Shown here piece after piece: positions 40,037-45,601 of a DNA stretch of 45,601 nucleotides. Origin of the DNA: an uncultured Candidatus Saccharibacteria bacterium (GTDB taxonomy: Bacteria > Patescibacteriota > Minisyncoccia > Minisyncoccales > Staskawiczbacteraceae). A program made the translations under genes and the position numbers. Position 1 is the first letter of the stretch; every line of letters starts with the position of its first letter. Location of the stretch: contig CAZMKW010000002.1 of NCBI GenBank assembly GCA_964567205.1, positions 1-45,601 of the forward strand, given 5' to 3'. The notes under the pieces were generated by a model. The model was not told where the DNA came from. It was given only the letters and a program-made list of their open reading frames with translations, and made no database searches.

Positions 40037-41005
40037 ATGATAGGAAATATACAAAAAGAGATAGAAGATAAAATTATAGATTACATTAATTCAACCACCG
40101 GCGGGCGACTGATAACTTTTAAGCCAGAAAATAATATCTTTGGCGCTGATTTAGCAGTGGAAAGAAAGGGAAATTATAAGGGTAATGAAATGTATTTTAA
40201 AGTCAGTGGTTTGGTCGGTCATCCAAAAGATGGCAATTTTATTAAAGATTTTGTAAAAGGCGATTTTCGCCCAGACATAAATTTTTATCTATTGTTTGTT
40301 TCTTTTAACGAAATTACTCAAAGGATGAGTGAGAATATCTGGGTAGTGCCGTCTTTGTATTTTAGAGATTCTGCAGAAGTTGTAGAATCGGCGGAAGGTG
40401 TAAATTTGTTAAGGTTTCGGGCATTATTGGACATAAAAAATAAAGATAAATATTCAAAATTTGTAGTAAAAATCAGTGAGCTGGGTAAGTTAATATTAAA
40501 TGCGCTTGAAAAGGACGAAGAGATTGAGTTTGAAAAAGCGGACTATGTTGAGCAGATGGAAATAAATTTAGACAGCTTAAGGGAATTTTTATGCGAGGCG
40601 CGCAGAAATACCTATGCGGCGGGCGCATCTTCCCTCGACAATCCACGCCTTTTAGCTTCCAAGCAGTTAGAGTTTCAGAGAGGAGATTATTTTTATAGGG
40701 ATATTTATTTTATGGGGGATAAAAAGTTTATAGGACAAGAAGCTGTATATCAAAATTCAAAGCCAGTATGGGGTATGAATTATATTGGCAACACAATTAG
40801 CAAACTACAAACGAATTTTCTTAGAGAATCATTATCTAAACTTTCTGAAAAATGCCGGTTCGGCGAAGTTTGTAAATATAAAAAAAGAGAATTGGAATAC
40901 TGCGATAATGGACAGGGAAATTTGGATTCTTTTTTTGGCAAGGAAGAAATATTTTTGGACGGGAAAAATATTTATAAATTAGATTACCAGGGAGGACTAT
41001 TATAA
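40037..41005 (+). CDS. Two-domain protein: unknown N-terminal domain + DUF5680-like C-terminal domain
   Basis: 322 aa. The C-terminal half 'FLCEARRNTYAAG...GDYFYRDIYFMGDKKFIGQEAVYQNSKPVWGMNYIGN...FLRESL...YQGGLL' fits my memory of DUF5680. The N-terminal half has 'FGADLAVERKG'; nuclease-like is speculative. Confidence 0.5.
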   Translation: MIGNIQKEIEDKIIDYINSTTGGRLITFKPENNIFGADLAVERKGNYKGNEMYFKVSGLVGHPKDGNFIKDFVKGDFRPDINFYLLFVSFNEITQRMSENIWVVPSLYFRDSAEVVESAEGVNLLRFRALLDIKNKDKYSKFVVKISELGKLILNALEKDEEIEFEKADYVEQMEINLDSLREFLCEARRNTYAAGASSLDNPRLLASKQLEFQRGDYFYRDIYFMGDKKFIGQEAVYQNSKPVWGMNYIGNTISKLQTNFLRESLSKLSEKCRFGEVCKYKKRELEYCDNGQGNLDSFFGKEEIFLDGKNIYKLDYQGGLL

Positions 41006-42285
41006 TGAAATTTGTAGCAGACTTTCACATACATTCAAAATATTCTAGAGCCACCTCCCCTTTAATGGATTTAGAAAATTTGGACAGGTGGGCGAACATA
41101 AAAGGGATAAAAGTTCTAGGTACGGGAGACTTTACTCATCCAAGGTGGTTTGAAGAGATAAAAGAAAAATTAAGCCCCGCTGAGCGGGGTCTTTTTAGAC
41201 TGCGTGATGCAGATTCGGAAACAAGATTTATTTTGACATCAGAAATTAGTTGTATTTATTCTAAGGGCGGCAAGGTTAGAAAAGTTCATATTATCGTTTT
41301 TGCTCCCTCTATTACCGCCGTAGAAAAAATAAACTCAAAATTAAGCCAGATAGGAAATTTGAAGGCAGACGGTCGTCCGATTTTAGGGTTAGACGCGAAA
41401 GAGCTGGCAAAAATTGCCCTGGACGCAGATAAAAATTGCTTGATTGTGCCCGCCCACATCTGGACGCCGTGGTTTGCTGTTTTTGGGTCAAAATCGGGAT
41501 TCGATTCTTTAGAGGAATGTTTTGAAGAATATACAAAATATATTTACGCGGTTGAAACGGGATTATCTTCTGATCCTGCGATGAACTGGAGATTATCTCA
41601 ACTAGATAAAGTCGCGCTAATTTCAAACAGTGATGCACATTCGCTTCCAAAAATTGGAAGAGAGGCAAATGTTTTTGACACAGAATTAAGTTACGAAGGA
41701 ATTGCAGAGGCAATAAAGACAAACAACCCTACTTCGCCAAGGCTTCGCGGGGCAAGGTTTTTGTACACCATAGAATTTTTTCCCGAAGAAGGTAAATATC
41801 ATTATGATGGCCATCGCTTATGTAATTTAAGTTTGTCTCCAAAAGAATCAAAAAAATATAACAATATTTGCCCAAAATGCGCAAAACCGTTAGTAATAGG
41901 AGTTTTAAACAGAGTTGAGAAATTGGCTGACAGGCCAGAAGGTTTTATGCCAAAAGATGCAGTTCCGTTTAAAAATTTAATTCCGTTAAACGAAATAATC
42001 GCTGAGTCTATAGGCTCATCAGTAGCATCCAAGCGGTCTTTAAATTATTATGACAACCTAATAAGGGGGTTGGGTAGCGAGCTAAAAATATTATTAGAGT
42101 CAACAAAAGAGGAAATAGAGAAAGTCTCTTTACCAGAAATTGCAGAAGGGGTTATAAGGGCTCGCGAAGGTAAGGTTTTTGTCGAGCCAGGATACGATGG
42201 CGTCTACGGAAAAATCAAGATTTTTACAGAAAAAAATACTATAAATAATAAGAAAAATAGTTTTAGTCAAAAAACGCTACTTTAA
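41005..42285 (+). CDS. Endonuclease Q-like PHP-domain nuclease
   Basis: 426 aa. 'ADFHIHSKYSRATSPLMDLENLDRWANIKGIKVLGTGDFTHPRWFEE', a later 'CPKCAKP' zinc-finger-like motif and 'GYDGVYGKI' resemble EndoQ / the TIGR00375-type family. Its start overlaps the upstream stop (TAATG). Confidence 0.7.
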   Translation: MKFVADFHIHSKYSRATSPLMDLENLDRWANIKGIKVLGTGDFTHPRWFEEIKEKLSPAERGLFRLRDADSETRFILTSEISCIYSKGGKVRKVHIIVFAPSITAVEKINSKLSQIGNLKADGRPILGLDAKELAKIALDADKNCLIVPAHIWTPWFAVFGSKSGFDSLEECFEEYTKYIYAVETGLSSDPAMNWRLSQLDKVALISNSDAHSLPKIGREANVFDTELSYEGIAEAIKTNNPTSPRLRGARFLYTIEFFPEEGKYHYDGHRLCNLSLSPKESKKYNNICPKCAKPLVIGVLNRVEKLADRPEGFMPKDAVPFKNLIPLNEIIAESIGSSVASKRSLNYYDNLIRGLGSELKILLESTKEEIEKVSLPEIAEGVIRAREGKVFVEPGYDGVYGKIKIFTEKNTINNKKNSFSQKTLL

Positions 42286-42288
42286 GGA

Positions 42289-42317
42289 TTGACATTTTAT
42301 ATGAGCAGGAATAATAT
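42289..42317 (+). promoter_or_regulatory. Sigma70-like promoter TTGACA-N17-TAATAT upstream of greA
   Basis: ttgaca at 42289-42294 and taatat at 42312-42317. Confidence 0.4.
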
Positions 42318-42426
42318 AGATAAACCATGCACCCATATAATCACTGTGGTCGGTCAAAATAAATAAATTGCTATTCATTTATTTTTCCTTCGCTTGTAAT
42401 TATAATAACAAAATAAACAAACATAC

Positions 42427-42903
42427 ATGGACGGAAAAACTTTTTATATAACCAAAGAAAAACTTCGGGAGCTTAAAAAAGAGTATGAAGAGCTTTTAGT
42501 TGTCGAATATAAAAAATCCGTAAACCAAGAGGCGCCAAAAATTTTAGAGTCAGAAGACTTAAACCCCGAGTTTGTAAGTTTCCAGGAGGATGTTGGTTTT
42601 TTAAGGGCCAGGATTGACGAACTAAAAAATATTTTAGATCACCACGAGTTGATAAAAAATCCGTCAAAAGATAAGCAGGGCATCATCGGCCTGGGAGCCA
42701 AAGTTAAAATAGATGTAGACGGCCAAAAAGATGAATTTGTTATTGTGGGAACTCTCGAGGCAAACCCAGCTCTGGGGAAGATAAGTGACGAATCTCCGGT
42801 TGGCAAGGCTCTTTTGGGGCACAAAATTGGAGACGTGGTATTTGTTTCTTCCCCAATCAAAATAGCCTATAAAATAAAAAACATAAAATACGAAGTTAGC
42901 TAA
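42427..42903 (+). CDS. greA: Transcription elongation factor GreA
   Basis: 158 aa. An N-terminal coiled coil and a C-terminal 'ISDESPVGKALLGHKIGDVV'. Confidence 0.9.
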   Translation: MDGKTFYITKEKLRELKKEYEELLVVEYKKSVNQEAPKILESEDLNPEFVSFQEDVGFLRARIDELKNILDHHELIKNPSKDKQGIIGLGAKVKIDVDGQKDEFVIVGTLEANPALGKISDESPVGKALLGHKIGDVVFVSSPIKIAYKIKNIKYEVS

Positions 42904-42938
42904 TAAACCGATAAAGAAGAAATTCGTATTATTTTTAT

Positions 42939-43580
42939 ATGGACAAAATTATAAAATTTTTTTCGGAGGTGGGCAAACTGAAGGAGATGCCAAGGCGCGG
43001 TTGGGTTATAAGAGACATTAAAAATCCAGAGAGTATAGCAGATCATACATTTAGGGTAGCCATTATGGCGTGGGTTTTAGCTGTTAAAAGAAATAAGAAA
43101 ATCAACTTAGAAAAGCTTTTAAAAATGGCTCTGGTGCACGATATTTGTGAGGTTTATTCCGGAGATACAACCCCCTATGATTCTGTTCTTCCGAAAGATA
43201 AGAAAAAAAGACGAGAGCTGTTAAAAACCTGGCCCAGGTTTTCTGAAGCAGAGAAAAAAAGATTGGCAGAGAAAAAATATAAAAAAGAGAAAGCCGGACT
43301 TGAAAAATTGATAAAAGATTTACCACCGAGACTGAAGCAGGAAATAATGGGTCTCTGGTTAGACTATGAAAGAGGAGCTAGTGTGGAAGGTAAATTTTTT
43401 AAGCACGCAGACAGAATAGAAAGTTTTTTACAGGCATCAGAATATTGGAGAAGCAATAAAAAACTTCCCTTAAAACCATATTGGATACAAGCAGAAGAAC
43501 TTCACGATGATCCAACACTACTGGAATTTATTAGGGAAATAGACAAAGAGTTTCATAAAACAAAAAAACCAAAAGAATAA
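42939..43580 (+). CDS. HD-domain phosphohydrolase (YfbR-like 5'-deoxynucleotidase family)
   Basis: 213 aa. Has 'RRGWVIRDIKNPESIADHTFRVAIMAWVL' and 'ALVHDICEVYSGDTTP'. Confidence 0.75.
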   Translation: MDKIIKFFSEVGKLKEMPRRGWVIRDIKNPESIADHTFRVAIMAWVLAVKRNKKINLEKLLKMALVHDICEVYSGDTTPYDSVLPKDKKKRRELLKTWPRFSEAEKKRLAEKKYKKEKAGLEKLIKDLPPRLKQEIMGLWLDYERGASVEGKFFKHADRIESFLQASEYWRSNKKLPLKPYWIQAEELHDDPTLLEFIREIDKEFHKTKKPKE

Positions 43581-43819
43581 TGTTCACCCTAGACCTTATA
43601 GCTCAAATAGGCATAACAGTCTTCGGAGTAAGCGCCATAATTTTGGTGGCAAGAAAAAATAAATGGGGGTTTGTATTGGGACTGGCTAGCGAGCCTTTTT
43701 GGATAATAACGTCCTATCTTAATAAACAGTGGGGAGTTCTCATCTTAAGCGTAATCTATGTATTTAGTTGGGGTTACGGAACATATAACTGGTTTTATAA
43801 AAAAGACAAAAAGATATAA
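43580..43819 (+). CDS. Small three-helix membrane protein (PnuC/SemiSWEET-like, speculative)
   Basis: 79 aa with three hydrophobic helices and 'ARKNKWGF' and 'GYGTYNW' motifs. Its start overlaps the HD gene stop (TAATG). Confidence 0.45.
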   Translation: MFTLDLIAQIGITVFGVSAIILVARKNKWGFVLGLASEPFWIITSYLNKQWGVLILSVIYVFSWGYGTYNWFYKKDKKI

Positions 43820-43830
43820 AAGTTAATTTC

Positions 43831-43849
43831 ACCCCGGAAGGGGTTTTTT
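43831..43849 (+). terminator. Rho-independent terminator
   Basis: cccc-ggaa-gggg followed by T6. Confidence 0.7.
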
Positions 43850-43895
43850 GTTTAATTAAAAAACAATTATAGTATAATATATAAATATTATAGAT

Positions 43896-45601
43896 ATGAA
43901 AAATCAGGAATTGTCTAAAATATTTTTTGAAATGGCTGACCTTTTGGAAATGGAGGGCGTGAGTTTTAAGCCTTTTGCATATAGAAAAGCTGCACTGTCT
44001 TTAGACGACTTAAAAGAAGACGTGGGAGAAATTTACAGGAATGGCGGGGTTAAGGCTCTTTATAATATCTCTGGAGTTGGTGAGGGCATTGCCGCTGCGA
44101 TAGAAGAATATTTAAAGACGGGAAAATTAAAACAGTTGGGCGAGCTCAAAAAAAAGTTGCCGATGAAAATTGATGAGTTGTCAAAAGTGGAAAGTTTGGG
44201 GCCGAGAAAGATAAAAATCCTTTATGAAAAATTAGGGGTTAAAAATTTAAAAGATTTAGCAAAAGCCGCAAAAGCCCACAAGATAGCCCCCCTCTTTGGC
44301 TTTGGGGAAAAAACAGAAAAGAATATTTTACAGGGGTTGGAATTTTTAAAACAGAGCAAGGGAAGATTTTTATTGGGAGAAATTATGCCGGCTGTAAAAA
44401 TAATTGAAGAAAGGTTGAGGTCTCGGAAAGAAATAAGAGAAATTAGCGTTGCGGGTTCTGTACGCAGAAGAAAAGAAACAATTGGAGATATAGATATTTT
44501 AGTTGTGTCGAAGAACCCTAAAAAAACGTCTGATTTTTTTGTTTCTATGCCGGAAGTTAAAAAAATCTGGGCTCAGGGTGCAACAAAGTGTTCTGTAAAA
44601 TTTAGCGAAGGTTTTAATATTGATTTAAGAATGGTTCCACAAAAAAGTTTTGGTTCAGCTCTCCAATATTTTACAGGCTCAAAAGAGCATAATATTGCCA
44701 CTAGAAAAATTGCCATTGAAAAAGGATTAAAACTTTCAGAGTATGGAGTTTTCAGAGGCGCCGAACAAATCGCAGGTAAAACAGAAGAAGAAGTTTATAA
44801 GGCAATTGGGCTTCCTTTTATAGCGCCGGAAATGCGCGAAGATGATGGAGAGATTCAGGCGGCTATAGAAAATAGATTGCCCATTCTAATAGAGCAGAAA
44901 GACATAAAAGGAGATTTGCATTGTCACTCAAGTTTTGAAGCGCCGTTGCAAAAGAGAAGCTCAATTGAAGAAATGTGTAAAAGAGCAATGGAATTAGGTT
45001 ACGAATATCTTGGCATATCCGACCACACAAAATTTTTAAGAATTGAGACTGGCCTAAACGAAAAGCAACTTTTAAAACAAATAGACCATATCAAAAAACT
45101 TAACAAGAAATTTCAAATTTCAAATTTCAAATTTCAAATTTTATGTGGCTGCGAAGCAAATATTTTAAACGATGGCTCAATCGATATCAAAGATGAAGTT
45201 TTAGAAAAATTAGATTATGTTATTGCGGGCGTGCACTCTTCTTTAAAGATGCCGAAACAGGAAATGACGCAAAGAATAATAAGGGCGATGCAAAATCCAA
45301 ATGTTGATATAATTTCGCATCCCACCGGAAGGCTTATTGGAAGAAGAGATGAATACCAGATGGATTTTGATAAAATATTGGAAACCGCCAAAAAGACAGG
45401 AACGATTTTAGAAATTAATTCTTCTCCTTACAGATTAGATTTGAATGGGTTTAATATTCGTAGGGCAAAGTCTCAAGGAATAAAAATGATAATAAATACC
45501 GATAGTCACAAAAAAGAACAATTAGATTTAATGGAATATGGAGCTTGGCAGGCGCGAAAGGGCTGGGCAGAAAAGTCTGATATTATAAATACATTGCCAG
45601 T
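43896..45601 (+). CDS. polX: Family X DNA polymerase with C-terminal PHP domain (3' end outside window)
   Basis: Not in the track because no stop lies within the window. My translation from the ATG at 43896 is open to 45601. It shows 'KPFAYRKAA', HhH 'ISGVGEGIAAAI', 'GSVRRRKETIGDIDILV', then PHP motifs 'GDLHCHS', 'ISDH', 'ISHP'. Confidence 0.85.
   Translation, partial: MKNQELSKIFFEMADLLEMEGVSFKPFAYRKAALSLDDLKEDVGEIYRNGGVKALYNISGVGEGIAAAIEEYLKTGKLKQLGELKKKLPMKIDELSKVESLGPRKIKILYEKLGVKNLKDLAKAAKAHKIAPLFGFGEKTEKNILQGLEFLKQSKGRFLLGEIMPAVKIIEERLRSRKEIREISVAGSVRRRKETIGDIDILVVSKNPKKTSDFFVSMPEVKKIWAQGATKCSVKFSEGFNIDLRMVPQKSFGSALQYFTGSKEHNIATRKIAIEKGLKLSEYGVFRGAEQIAGKTEEEVYKAIGLPFIAPEMREDDGEIQAAIENRLPILIEQKDIKGDLHCHSSFEAPLQKRSSIEEMCKRAMELGYEYLGISDHTKFLRIETGLNEKQLLKQIDHIKKLNKKFQISNFKFQILCGCEANILNDGSIDIKDEVLEKLDYVIAGVHSSLKMPKQEMTQRIIRAMQNPNVDIISHPTGRLIGRRDEYQMDFDKILETAKKTGTILEINSSPYRLDLNGFNIRRAKSQGIKMIINTDSHKKEQLDLMEYGAWQARKGWAEKSDIINTLP
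45108..45142 (+). repeat. AAATTTC heptanucleotide tandem tract inside polX
   Basis: aaatttc x4 followed by aaatttt, translated as 'KFQISNFKFQIL'. It shares 24 identical nt with the uvrB tract. Confidence 0.9.

Overview
Low-GC (about 29-35% G+C in hand-counted native stretches), gene-dense, mostly Shine-Dalgarno-free bacterial chromosome segment using the standard genetic code. Gene content and style fit a CPR/Patescibacteria (Parcubacteria-like) genome; this is inference. The window spans the replication-origin neighbourhood: jag-yidC-rnpA-rpmH on the minus strand, dnaA-dnaN on the plus strand, with DnaA-box-like 9-mers. It carries many DNA-maintenance genes (ruvA, ruvB, ruvC, uvrB, mutM, holA, a 5'-3' exonuclease, an EndoQ-like PHP nuclease, PolX-PHP). 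It also carries envelope genes (class A PBP, Mur ligase) and pilus/DNA-uptake genes (PilB/GspE ATPase, a ComEA-lamin-tail fusion). The most striking content is the first 11 kb, a T4SS-like operon. It consists of a PrgI-like protein, a ConE/Orf16-type VirB4 ATPase split into two ORFs, and four consecutive secreted proteins. Their N-termini have VirB2/TrbC-like pilin topology fused to large cysteine-containing C-terminal domains, one protein reaching 1176 aa. The operon is punctuated by related AT-rich palindromic spacers, one of which carries a GxxExxY gene as an inverted-repeat-flanked cassette. Other signals: short repeat elements inserted in frame into conserved genes (uvrB twice, the comEA-like gene, tsaE, possibly dnaA), and an AAATTTC heptanucleotide tract inside both uvrB and polX. 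There are also two ~130-nt palindromic intergenic elements with perfect stems. Two high-GC (about 47-57%) islands flank holA-rpsT; one holds a B12-binding radical SAM enzyme and the other is followed by a GC-rich multi-hairpin region. Finally there is a tRNA-like sequence with an unfoldable anticodon arm and a promoter-to-terminator sRNA candidate. No rRNA, CRISPR array, transposase or integrase gene was seen.
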